A stretch of DNA of 64,000 nucleotides, taken from NCBI GenBank assembly GCA_026770705.1, contig JANJGN010000210.1, positions 310,001-374,000 of the forward strand, given 5' to 3'. Position numbers and translations under genes: made by a program. This DNA is from Isurus oxyrinchus (Eukaryota). Below the pieces are notes generated by a model. That model saw nothing but the letters and a program-made list of their open reading frames with translations. It had not been told where the DNA came from and made no database searches. Of this stretch, positions 22,142 to 34,100 are shown one piece after another (positions within the stretch are counted from its first letter, which is position 1; each line of letters begins with the position of its first letter).

Positions 22142-22762
22142 AAGTGTCATAGGGAGTATAAGCGTGAGAGTGTCTGAGGGAGAGAGCATGTGTGAGAGAG
22201 AGAGTGAATGTGTTTGTGTGTGTGTGAGAGAGAGAGTGTAGGGGTGTGAGTGATATGTAGTATAAGTGTGTGAGAGAATGTGCGTGTGGGAGAGAAAGAG
22301 TGTGTGAAAGAGAGAGCCAGTGTGTGTGTCAGAGAGAGAGTGTGTGTGTGCATGAGAGAGAGAGAGAGAATGAGAGTGAGTATGTGTGTGAGAGGAACAG
22401 TGTGTGTGTGTGTGTTTGTGTGAGGGAATGTGTTTGTGTTTCTGTGTGCGTCAGAGAGAGAGAGAATGAGGATATGTGTGTGTGTGTGAGAGAGTGTTTT
22501 GTGTCTGTGTGTGAGACAGCGGGGGAACTGAGAGTGTATATGTGTGTGTGAGAGAGAGAATGCATGTGTGAGAGTGCATGTGTGAGAAAGAAAGATTGCA
22601 TGTATGTGTGTGGGAGAAAGTGTGCACGTGTGTGCGCAGTTGAGAGAGTATGTGTATGAGAGAATGTGAGCGTCTGTGTGAGAATGTGTGTGAAATAGAA
22701 AGGCAATGTGTGAGAGACAGAGTGTGTGCGTGTTAAAGGGAGTTTGTGTGTGAGAGAGCGAA

Positions 22763-22795
<33 letters not shown>

Positions 22796-22920
22796 CAGAG
22801 AGAGAAAGAGAGAGTGTGTGTCTGCCACAGAGAGTGCATGAGAGAGTGTGTGTGCATGTGTATGAGAGAGAGCCTGTGTGACAGAGAGAGTGAGCTAGTG
22901 AGGGTGTGTGGTAAAGAAAC
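22142..22920. repeat. Compound (TG)n/(GA)n microsatellite
   Basis: Direct inspection. Confidence 0.9.
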
Positions 22921-23759
22921 TGAGTGTATCGAGATAGATCAGCCATGATCTTGCTGAATGACGGACAGGATCGAAGGGCCGAATGTCCTCCTCATGCTCT
23001 CATTTCTGTAATTCATTCCTCTCCCTGCAGGCGGCAATCCAGTGGCTCAGTTTTTGATGGTGGCTCCTTTTCCCCAAATCCCCCGTGGCTGGTTATTTGG
23101 AGTGGGAGTCTGGTCATTGTCCATTCCAATTGTTCAAATATCTCGCAGCCTCTGATCCAATCAGAACTGGCGCTGCTTTCTGGAGCCTCACTGTCACTCC
23201 CTGATTCTGTTTGTTCTGAAATTGTGCTCAAGTTCAGCTCACTCACGTTCAATGGTTTTCTGATACTCAAAATGCTTAAACATAATTAATTTATTAAAAT
23301 TTATGCATGTTCTCTCCAGAAATATTGTTAAAAATAATTAACGTGTGTTATTTCAACTGAGCAATGGAACAACTTATTTTCACAGATCCGGCTCGAAAAA
23401 CCATGGCCAGTTAGTTCGATGTTGATTCAGTTTGTCTGACCTCTGCAGGGAGAAGACTCCCAGGTCAGGAACAGGACAAGTTAAGATATGGATTAAATTC
23501 CCCACTCCTCCCCCAGTACGCTCCTGTCACCAGCTGCAAGGGTGGGATTCAACAGAAAGCCAACTCTCCACTGAACTGTCAAACACTCCGGGGCAGGTGC
23601 AGCACTGGTTTGACATAAAATAAAACTCTCTCTACATTGTTCCATCAAATATGCCCAGGAGATAGTTCAATCCGATTTTGATATCAGTGCTGTGCTGCAG
23701 GAGCCGGTCAGAGGCTGGGAATTCTGTGGCGAGTAATTCAACTCTTATTGCCCAAAGAA

Positions 23760-24280
23760 AACTGACCATCCACAAGGCTCAAGTCAGGACTGGGATTGAA
23801 TAGTTTCCGCTTGCCTCAATGTGTGAAACTTAAAAAAAAACCCAAGAAGCTCGATACTATCCAGGACAAAGCAGCCCACAGAATTGGTACCCCATCCACT
23901 ACCTTAAACATTCCCTCCCTCCCCCACCAACGCACAGTGACTGCAGTGTGTACCATATACAAGATGCACTGCAGCAACTCGCCAAGACTCCTTCAAAACC
24001 CGCAACCTCTCCCAACTAGAAGGACAAGGGCAGCATGTGCTTGAAACACCGCCACCTGCATGTTCCCCTCCAAGACACTGAACATCCTGACTTGGAACAA
24101 TATCACTGTTCCTTCACTGTCAATGGGTCAAAATCCTGGAACTCCCGACCTGACAGAACTGTGAGTGAACCTGCAGCTATTCAAGGAGGTGGCATTTCAA
24201 CACTTCCAAGGATGGGCAATTAGGATGGGCAACAAATGCTGGCCTCGCCAGCGACCCTAACATCCTATGATAGGATTAAA
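23760..24280 (+). mobile_element. L2-type LINE 3' end
   Basis: 'KLDTIQDKAAHRIG...SLPHQRTVTAVCTIYKMH' plus the shared tail 'ggatgggcaacaaatgctggcctcgccagcgac'. Confidence 0.7.
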
Positions 24281-27200
24281 AATAAGATTTCTTCCTCCGC
24301 CTTGTCCAACCAAATAGGTCAAGGACTGCTACAGCACGGATTAAAATAGGATAAAACTCTCTCTGTATTGCCTAACTGAACACTCCCAAAACAGAAACAT
24401 CACTGGCTTGAAATCAACCAAATCTCCTTCGACAGTCTGTCTGTCATTTCTGAATTGTCCTTTCTGACTGTCACAATGGGTTGGGCATCTCATTTCTGAG
24501 GCGCCTGGTCAAAAAGTCAAACTTTCACATCTCTCACAAATACAAGATTTGTGAAGAAATAAGTCGAACTGCACTTCCCGAAATATAGGAGAATGAAGGT
24601 TAACAACCAGTCAGGAAGATTCCTGGTCCCAGCACAGTGACCACGCACACAGAAACAGAACAGACACAAATGGTGCAACATTCGAGTTCCCAGCAGATAG
24701 ATCTGTTCAATCTGTCCATTTCACTCAAGCTGTTTGATTCTAATTGATCAATGGTCCATTTGTTACAATTATTCTATAACTTCTTTGAAATTAAACTGAT
24801 TTTCATTTCAAAACTCCCTTTGAATTCCATTTAATTCTCCGTCTGAGTCAAATCTCCAAACAATGTACGATTTAAGTTACCCTGAAAATGAGCACAGCAA
24901 ATACTACAGATTCAGGATATTTGGTTGTCCGTAATAAAGACTCAATGACAGAGTAAGAATTAAACAAATCAGGAAACATTCACATTGAAAACTGATTACC
25001 TACTGATTTCATTTGATTTTAGCTATAAATATATCCAATCAAAACATCAACACATTATCGAGCTGAGCACAGCTGAATAAGAAAAGTATTCTTTTCTGAA
25101 TTCATTTTGGATACAATTCAAAATTCTCTCCACCCTTTGAGATTTTGCATTCACTATAATGTCCAATATACTATTTAATTGTTGGACTTCATATATGTTG
25201 AATTAATTATCACTAATATTATATTGTAAGTTAATTATCTTGTTATTGTCAATTCATTTTCTTGTTAGCTGATTTCTACTTTATAATGAAAATAATTTTC
25301 AATGATTGAAAATTTGTTTCTCCTTGGTACTTTGTGAAATAATTGAGGTTTATTTAAATCAACCTGACACTGAAACAATGTTAAACAATATACTTCAAAT
25401 TACTAGATGGTAACATTCAGGGAAGTATATCAATTTTACTTAAATCTGATCAATATTTACTATTTTATTTTTACTTCTCATGCTCTGTTTTAACAGACAA
25501 AATTATAAACTATGCGTTTCTGAACAAATTGAGAAATCATAAATTCCATCTATTCTCATCAAGCAATTCACATGACGAATTTATGAGTTGAATATTTGAA
25601 ACACTTTCAACTCTGACCGGGGTCACATCGCATTAACTGTCGATGAGGTGTAATATCACCTGTTTGCTGAATTAAACTTGCCTTAACTCCAAGTTATATG
25701 TAAACAAATCTTCCTGGCAGTTACTTAATATCAATAAAATTGCTTCCTAGATAACAATCCCTATAATTTATTGTTAATTATATTGTTCACTGAAAGAAGA
25801 TCCAAATTGATCAGTATAAAACTTGATGAGAACAATTCATTCAGATCATCTGCACCACTAAAATATAACATGCAAATTGATTCCAGATTTTGTCCTTCAA
25901 TTTAATATTTAATAAGAATTAAGCATGAATCTCAGATATAATCTGTTCTTCTCCTATAATTCTATTCTGTGTACAGCACAGCAATGGGAGACAGGATGTT
26001 GTTGTTAAGTACAAAACTAATACTAATGTTTGCAATTAATCTGTTCGAATTTCAAGCTTTTACTTGTCAATCTCTATTTATCTGCTGTCTGCACCTTCTT
26101 ACAGTTTAAAAAAATGCAAGAACAATTCCTTTATTGCCAGCGAATTATACCCCCCATTAAACTGTTTAAAATTAGATTAGTGACAATTATCTCGCTATTC
26201 AAATCCCAATGACATTGAAGGAATAATGTGGTTACGGCTGCACAGAAAGAATGTGATAACCGAAAAGACATATTGCCAAACTGCAATAACAAACTCATCT
26301 AAGTCAAGGCAAATGTTATCAGGGACATAAAAAAGTAATTCAAAATCTCGTCTGAAACTGAACAATTCTGTAGAATCAGTATATTCTTACTGAGATTTTT
26401 TCATGCATAATCACAAAATGTTTCCAGCCTAAAAACTTTCCCGATCATGTTAATTGTGCGCAGAGCACAGCAGAATTGTGAAAGCCGATTAATGATCAAT
26501 TAGGTTAATATGAAAGCTGCTCCATCAATATGGAGAAATATTAACACATTATAATCGTTTGAATTGTATTAACTTTACTGTACAATTTGAAAACTTGGCA
26601 ATTGTATAGTTTCTAAATGCAGTAACGAATTATGTTCTGAATGAGCGTCATAATCCATGGTTTAGTTTATTCTGCAATTACACTTAAAATAAAGACAAAA
26701 TGTGCTAACACATCTGTAAATGCTTTTTTTGCCCATTTCTGAAACCTGTCTGTTTTCTGCCTACAATCGCGCTTCATGCAGATACAAACGCGTAGGCTGC
26801 TTCGATTCAATCGCAAAACGTGTAACCGCTCAATGTGACCGAGTTTAAACAAAGCAGAACCGCCAAACCTTTTCATAAATTCAACTAATTCAAAGTCACC
26901 CAGACACACAATCTCCTCAGCAGAAAAACACCAAATCACGTCACTGAGGGGCTGAAACCCGTTTCAAGGAGAAGCAGTTCAATTCTACAAACACTTCCAA
27001 CAGAATTCATTGCAACATTGCAGGAAAATCTCAATGTCGAATCCAGGCAATCCGCTCGTCAGCAAATGTATGAATTATTAAACTAAACAGAAATATGGAA
27101 TAATGTCAACAGCATTGTGAGTAGGCGGAACATATTCAATGAATTTATATTGAAATTTAAGCACATTTTGTTAATATTGGGTTTGATTTCAAACCTATTT

Positions 27201-27565
27201 AAACCATTGTGCAACAGATGGTAAAACCCGCAGCCATTAGATGTTACCGAGATTAAACATTGCAGAAACGTCAAACTGTTCTAACAAACGTTAGATATTT
27301 TAAGTAGCCCGACCACACATTATCCTCAGCAGACAAACACCAAATCACAACAACCAGGGACCGAATCCTTTAGCAGCGCTATTTATCAAGACACAGCGGA
27401 ATCATATAATTCAATTTAAGCAGAATCACATGAAATATTGTAAAAAATTCTGCATACAGAATCCACCAAACCCAGGTTTCATTGGCTGAATTAATTATTA
27501 AAATAGACAAAAAACAAAGCAAAGACTCAAATAAAACAGTTAGTAAATAAATGTGTAGTTCTTAC

Positions 27566-27613
27566 CGGCAGTCACCGTCATCATGGTCCCTTGGCCCCAG
27601 TAGCCCATACCGT
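27566..27613 (-). CDS. IGHJ: JH segment (germline)
   Basis: AC GGT ATG GGC TAC TGG GGC CAA GGG ACC ATG ATG ACG GTG ACT GCC G|gtaag = GMGYWGQGTMMTVTA. Confidence 0.96.
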
Positions 27614-27652
27614 CACAGTGTTACATTCCCTGGGCTGTGCCATACAATAACT
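27614..27652 (+). other. JH 23-RSS
   Basis: CACAGTG (27614-27620), 23-nt spacer, ACAATAACT (27644-27652). Confidence 0.92.
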
Positions 27653-27982
27653 GTCCCTGCAGCAAAAAGACAGAAATCCACCATTATTTTAAATATTCAT
27701 AAGTCAGAGGCAAAGCGAGGTCACGATGAATCTTCACGAAATTATATTTGCGTTTGTAGATATCTTTGGCTATTCATCAATGATCCTCATCTTTTATAAT
27801 TCACAGAATAACACATGAACATGTTATTGAATTCACCAACTGATGAATGGGTAATTATCACAGCTTTTCCATCTTAAACCATGTTTTTGTGGGCATTGCT
27901 GGACAGAAATAATACTTCACTGTACATATAGTTGGATTGTAAAAGCGAGCACTGACCCAGGCAGACTCAATTAGTGCTGAGG

Positions 27983-28010
27983 GGTTTTTGTATTGACAGT
28001 AACTGCTGTG
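27983..28010 (-). other. D2 3' 12-RSS
   Basis: Minus strand: CACAGCA (28010-28004), 12 nt, ACAAAAACC (27991-27983). Confidence 0.92.
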
Positions 28011-28023
28011 CCATCCAGTATAT
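28011..28023 (-). CDS. IGHD: DH2 segment ATATACTGGATGG
   Basis: 13 nt flanked by 12/12 RSSs; all three forward frames open (IYWM, YTGW, ILD). Confidence 0.92.
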
Positions 28024-28051
28024 CACAGTGAGACACACCATGTCAAATACT
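28024..28051 (+). other. D2 5' 12-RSS
   Basis: CACAGTG (28024-28030), 12 nt, TCAAATACT (28043-28051). Confidence 0.88.
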
Positions 28052-28360
28052 GTGGCAGACTGTTAACTGTAAATACAGAGATTTAATTTCACTGCGCTCT
28101 CAAAAACCTGATTCCGACTCGCTTAAGTGTGAATCAGTGAGATATTTCAGCCTGTGCTGGTCATTATATTTTAAATGTGACTGGAGGTCTTTAAAAGCCT
28201 CTGTGAAGATTTAGCGTGTCCGTAAACACAAACAAAGCAGAATACTTTTATATATTTTTGCAAACCAATATTACTTATACCCATTATTTTATTTAGCTCC
28301 CATTTTCTTTGACTTTTCCTGTTGTGATCGTGATCACCAATTTGAACAAACTCCTTCTGA

Positions 28361-28398
28361 AGTTTTTGTATGAGGATGTCGCTGTGCACAGCACTGTG
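28361..28398 (-). other. D1 3' 22(23-type)-RSS
   Basis: Minus strand: CACAGTG (28398-28392), 22 nt, ACAAAAACT (28369-28361). Confidence 0.92.
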
Positions 28399-28411
28399 AC
28401 CCCCGTAGTAT
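28399..28411 (-). CDS. IGHD: DH1 segment ATACTACGGGGGT
   Basis: 13 nt flanked by 12/22 RSSs, the classic shark D1 layout; frames ILRG, YYGG, TTG. Confidence 0.93.
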
Positions 28412-28439
28412 CACAGTGAAATACACCCGCACAAAAACT
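28412..28439 (+). other. D1 5' 12-RSS
   Basis: CACAGTG (28412-28418), 12 nt, ACAAAAACT (28431-28439). Confidence 0.94.
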
Positions 28440-28809
28440 GCACCCACTCTCTGTTCAGTGCTGCCTCGCAATATTTACTTCAAATAGACGTTTACTTCTG
28501 ATCTAGTTTAGTATTTATGCAGCAATTTACAAAACTCAATGAATAGTGATCCCGTCCAAGTATCAGACATATTAAAATGAACATTATATCTATGTCTGTA
28601 ATTGCGGAAACTGTTAACAGTAAATGTAAGCACAGCCAAAAGCTCAGCCCATTATATCAATTGGTTTGTTAGGTTTTACAGTTAAATTTGCTGCTTTACT
28701 TTTGTCAGAAGCGACTTGTTGTCGGGTTCTGATCATTACAGTTAATATTACATTTAAAACAAGTACTGACCATCAGGTTACGATGGCAGTTGTTGAGTTT
28801 CTCTCGATC

Positions 28810-28848
28810 TGTTCTTGTTCGGGTCCAGCCCTGGTTCCTCTCGCTGTG
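28810..28848 (-). other. VH 23-RSS
   Basis: Minus strand: CACAGCG (28848-28842), 23 nt, ACAAGAACA (28818-28810). Confidence 0.92.
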
Positions 28849-29153
28849 GTTTCTTGCACAGTAATAGATGGCGGTGTCTTCAGTCTTCAGGTTCGTCATG
28901 TCCAAGGAGAAGATGTTCCTTGAAGTGTCTTTGGACGCAGTGAATCGATTCTTAATTGCTGGGGCATAGTTGTTGCTGGATGAACTATAGTAGAAAACCA
29001 GCCACTCCAGCCCCTGTCCGGGAACCTGTCGGACCCAGTACATGTCGTAGCTGCCAAGATCGAAGCCGCTGGTTTTACAGGTCAGTCTCAGGGAGCCTCC
29101 GGGACGCCCGGTCTCTGCCTCTGGCTGAGTCAACACAACCCCCGACTGGACAC
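28849..29153 (-). CDS. IGHV: VH exon (germline, open)
   Basis: tttacag|GT GTC CAG...; [53 protein letters not shown]...[33 protein letters not shown]; both Cys and the Trp are present. Confidence 0.97.
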
Positions 29154-29280
29154 CTGTAAAAATATATCAAAAACCCCGAGGATTAATCCTGGTGAAATGA
29201 TTTCTGACTCTAACATTCCAGAGAGAGACTAACACTGAGACAGTAACAGTGAGATACTTGGACAATAAAAAACTACTCAC

Positions 29281-29338
29281 GGGATAAGAAAGTCAGCAAC
29301 AAACTGAGAGAAATCGCCGACCTCATCGTTTTGGTCAT
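29281..29338 (-). CDS. IGHV: VH leader exon
   Basis: MTKTMRSAISLSLLLTFLS + C|gtgagt (phase 1); a second in-frame ATG at 29326. Confidence 0.93.
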
Positions 29339-29414
29339 TTGGGGAAAATGGTTCTGTCCAGAACTCAGTGCACAAACCAGCTCCCGGACTGCTGGATTCC
29401 GGCCCCAGTGAGCG

Positions 29415-29460
29415 GCATTTAAATACCTGGCAGAAAGAGGGCGGGTTTCCAGGCGCCGCC
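29415..29460 (-). promoter_or_regulatory. VH promoter (TATA-like box and GC box, no perfect octamer)
   Basis: Minus-strand TATTTAAA at 29425-29418, ~80 nt before the ATG; GGGCGGG/GGGTTTCC just upstream. Confidence 0.7.
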
Positions 29461-31249
29461 TGTTGATTCCCTGGTGGAGGCGGCGACTGGATCCATGCCC
29501 CACCTTCCACATCCCCAACAGAATGGACTCAGATATTTACAATAGGTTATTGTTAAAAGTGGAAATTTTATCTGTATCGGGATATTTGGCTGAATGGATT
29601 CATTGTAATGTCTCCATTGGTTCTAATAGCGAAATTGCATTTGAGCATCTATTAATAAAAAATCTAATTCCATTGTAAATTAAGTCCATTTATGTCTACA
29701 CTACTGCCCACGGGGTTCAGCCTAAAAAAATTACATTATCAGGGAATAAAGGTCAGTTTGTTTTGCAGCAACCCCGGGTCTATATCTCACTACAATAATT
29801 AAGCGTCATCAGTCATAGGAATTATTATTGATTTTTGTAACTAAATGCGGGGGATGAACAAAGTGATTCTGTTTACAGCCAGGGTGGCTATCGCTGTACA
29901 ATTTGGGTCCGAAGATAAGAAGAATCTCCTCCCATTATACAATGCCTCTCCTTGCATTTCTCGATCTGCCCAGTTCCAAAGACAGCCCTGTGAAAATTAG
30001 CGATAAAAGAAGCCCGCCTGCCTGATAAGTCAACAGTAAGTTTACAGAGAAACGTAAAATTTACATCAACTTTCGACAAAGAAGTTAATGAATCAGAACA
30101 GACACGGAGATGAGAAAAGTTATCCTTCAGCATCCAAATCACTGCAGCTAATTTTATTGGCCTCCCGCTGTCTACCATTCACTGGTATTGGGAACACAGG
30201 ATATCAGGACTTTGCGGCATATTACACAATATCACAAGAATAAATGTTTTATCTTCCACTGAAGCGGGTCATGAACTTATCATTTCTCCACTCATTGGCA
30301 GCTATGAGAGGGACTGTTAAATAATCGATATAATCACAAAGTAAACTGTACAGTTCACGGTACTAATGAGGTATAAGGGACACCACAGGCTAAATGAGGT
30401 GCACAACTGGAGGAATATTCAAGGAATTCCTGCAGGTTCAATACAATTCTATGATGTTCTTTTAATTTAATTTCTTTTATTTTTTTTTCCATTCTACTTA
30501 ACTCATTAGACTGGGGGATTGAGACCATCAACATCGCTCTCTCGCTCTCCATGAAGTTCTTAATAAACCGGCTTTAATAACTGGAATGCCCTTTACTTAG
30601 AAATAATATAAATTAAGTAATATGTGGTGAATTTAATATTTTCTGATCGAGTTTAATTTCACAGTGAACACGGCATTCATTCAAATATTCACTTCAATGA
30701 AGTACCATTTAAAATGTGCCTTTTGTGTGCCACAGAAATATTTATTGTTTGAATGGCTAAAACCATTTTGTTCATTCATATCCCGGCTAATCCAACCCAC
30801 ACAGTATTTGGAAGCAAGCCAGCCAGCTGCAGTCAGGGAGGCTCGGATGTCCGATGTTGTTTGCAGGAAGCATCTGGGGGGTTTGTGCAGTTAATCAAAG
30901 ATCTGTTTCCTCAGAACTGGCCGCTTGGCTGCAAGCCAACTTCAAACCCTTAGCATTGTCAACAAGGCCTATTTATAAACAAATCTACCCAGCAACAACA
31001 CTGGAGTCACTTTTATTTTTTAAGTTGTGAACCTATGTGAACTGATCCCATCTCTCAGGGAAGAAAAGTTATCCAGCTTCTCTGACACCCTATTAGCAAC
31101 AATAGCTCATTGGAGGATCTCTCCAACACATCATAAAAGTCTGATGGATGGATGGAAAGAATTACAGACAGACTATTAGAGAGGACTCAGAGAGAGGCCA
31201 CATGTTTTTAACAGTCAAACATATACATTTGTGTGATTTTTTTGCCCCT

Positions 31250-31610
31250 TTACTCTTTCACGGGATGTGGGAGTCATGAGCAAGGCCAGCATTTGTTGCC
31301 TGTCCCTAACTGCCTTTGAACTGAGTGCCTTGCTCGGCCATTTCAGAGGGCAGTTAGAGTCCATCATGTTGCTGCGGATCTGGAGTTACATGTAGGCCAG
31401 ACTAGGTACAGTGGCAGATTTCCTTTCCTTAAGGACATTAGTGAATCAGATGAGTTTTTTTCCACAATCGATGGTGGTTTCATGGTTTCCTTCACTGGAC
31501 CAGCTTTCAATCACAGATTTATTATTGAATTTAAATTCCACCAGCTGCTATGGTGGGATTTGTATTCGTGTCTTTGTTGCTTATCCAGTGACATTAATAC
31601 AACACAACCA
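31250..31610 (-). mobile_element. tRNA-derived SINE (DeuSINE/SacSINE-like)
   Basis: Reverse complement of the element at 9820-10155. Confidence 0.7.
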
Positions 31611-32377
31611 ACTGCCAAAGAATGGAGGGATGATGGTAGTTGGATGCCTGAGTATTTTGATTAAGGAATCAATGAATGGGTTGACCGATGTATCGGTCAG
31701 CACGCCTGAAAAATGCTGTTCTACCTTCCCATCTTGGTGCATGACTACTTTATATCTTGAAGCAGGTTCAGTATTTTATTTCTATCAGTCTAATACCTTC
31801 AGTGCCTCCAGATTTTCTGGATGTATTCCATCCCCAGGCCAACGAGCTAAACGTCACAAGAGAAGGCTGGAGATGTCCCTGCAGTACTGATGATTCTTCC
31901 CTGCTGATGGTAAATCATCATCTTTCAGACAGAAAGCGGGTACATAATTTGGTTTAGGATGGAGGATTGTAATATTTGAAATATGTGGTCCTTGCATATA
32001 CAACAAAACATTCAACATATCCTCACCCAAATTAGTGAAGGTAACACATATTACTCACTGGAGAGACACATTAACTTACAGTCAGCTCCAGGTAGTTTTC
32101 TTTATACCATCACTTTACAAATCCTCACACACTCCAGTTACATATCAGGAGTTTCTGTGTGATGATGAGGTGATTACTTGTCAATAAAGCGCAGAGGATG
32201 CTGGGTAGTTGCTTATTAACCTCGGTCTGATTTAATTCCATTTCCCACTGAATTCTGGGACAGATGTAATTCATTGCTGACAGAATGGTCAATGCGATCT
32301 CAATCAATGTTAATGATATTAAATGAATCGCAATTACATTTGAATGGAATAAAATGCTGAAAATGATTGGTTCATGC

Positions 32378-32630
32378 AATTATTAATCTTTGTGAATGGA
32401 TGATAATTTCTGAACTTAATTATTTGTCTTGTGAATTGATGGTAATTGGTGAATATAATTATTTATATTTGTGGGTTAATGATAATTGGTGAATATAATT
32501 ATTTATCGTTGTGTATTGATGCTAACTGGTGAACATACTTATTTATCTTTGCGAATTGATGATAATTCTTGAATATAAGTATTCACCTTTGGGAATTGAT
32601 AAAGGTTGGTGTTGATAATTATTTGCCTTT
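32378..32630. repeat. AT-rich 40-bp minisatellite, ~6 copies
   Basis: ttatttatctttgtgaattgatgataattggtgaatataa with ~40-nt period. Confidence 0.85.
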
Positions 32631-32869
32631 CTCCGCCTTTACGACCTTCTTCTCTGTTGAAAGATAAGATTCATTCCACAGGAGGTGAATAATACAAAAA
32701 TCACCACACTATCTGAAAACAAAGCTGGCAGGTGAGACTGCGACAACTACAGGGATATCTCACTCAGAGAGTCACGGAGAAGGCCATTCCTTGGGTCATG
32801 CTTTAAGCACATCATCTGGTTTCAGGCTGAAGCACAGTGTGATGTTTGTGTCAGATGATAAACTCTGGA

Positions 32870-34100
32870 CATGATTTGCTCCATACCCTAGACACTGTCA
32901 GCAGAGCAGGACTCTACAAGATTTTTGGGAAAATTGGCTGTTCACCAAAGCTCCCCAGTCTCATCCAGTCCTTCCATGACAACATGCACTGCACTGCACA
33001 GATTGTTGATTCTTCTTCCGACAGATTCGGAGTGAAGAATGGAGTGAAACAGGCTTGTGTCCAACTCCCACTCTGTTGGGCACCTTTTTCATGCAGCTGA
33101 TCTTTGTCTTCCCTGTCGATATGGAAGGAGTCGACAGACACACTCGATCAGACCGCAAGCTCCACAATCTTTTAGACAGAAAGCGAATACAAAAACACAT
33201 TGAATCCTGATCAGAGAATTCCTCCACGCTGATAACTCTGTCATCAAAATGGAAACTTATCCACAAAGACTGATGAACTGACTGTCCCAAGCCTGTAACT
33301 TGTTCTCCCTGCCTATAAACATGGAGAAAACCGTGGTCATGGGAAAAGGTGTTGCATTTCCGTCATTGATCACACTAAATAACAAACGGATGGAAGTAAA
33401 TTCCACTCCCTGGGCTCCATGGTGATAGGCAGCTTGTTCCTTGATGAAGAACCTGATACCCACATGGGGAAAGCAGCTGCCACCTTTGCCTGACTCATGA
33501 AACGCCCCTGGAATAACATGAAACTGACCCTTAGGACCAAGCTGATGGCTTTTAAGGCTTGTGTACTCAGCACCTTGTTGAATGACTGTGAAACATGGGC
33601 GATTTACCGTTATCAAGTAAAGAAGCTCCACAATTTCCATCTTCAATACCTGCTGCGCATTATGGGTATGTACTGGCTGGATAAAGTCACGAATGCAGTG
33701 ATACTCTCAAAGGCAGAGCTCCTAAGGCTGAAGAACTCATTAAACAGAAGTGGTTTTTGTGGCTTGTGAACATTCGCAGATGGAAGATGGTCACAGACAC
33801 GAGGATTTTCTGTTTGGTGAGGGAGCTGGAGGCAGACAACCAGTGGGATGCCCAAAGCTCTGCTTCAAGGCTGCTTGAAGTGAAGGCCCTAAATATCGAT
33901 TATCACAGCTGAGTGTAACTAACTGACCACTGAGGAAAATGGCGACACCTCCTGTGGATTGACGTGAATCACCACGATGACCAGCGGCTAAAGTGGTTTG
34001 GAAATCGAGGCCAACACCGGAAAAAAAACCTAGCCACAACGACACTTTGTAGCTTCATGTGCAGCACTTGTGGCAGAGCCTGCCTCATAATGATTGAACT
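32870..34100 (+). mobile_element. RTE-clade LINE RT fragment (decayed)
   Basis: 'DTVSRAGLYKIFGKIGCSPKLPSLIQSFHDNM...GVKQAC' and 'LTLRTKLMAFKACVLSTLLNDCETWAIY' are RTE-type RT motifs. Confidence 0.85.

Noticed and set aside
23013-23289. Ser-rich ORFs in the J-C intron
   Set aside because: No recognisable domain or convincing exon structure.
29633-29640. Octamer in the VH promoter
   Set aside because: Only a mismatched ATGCAATT ~210 nt upstream of the TATA-like box; lack of a promoter octamer is already known for shark VH.
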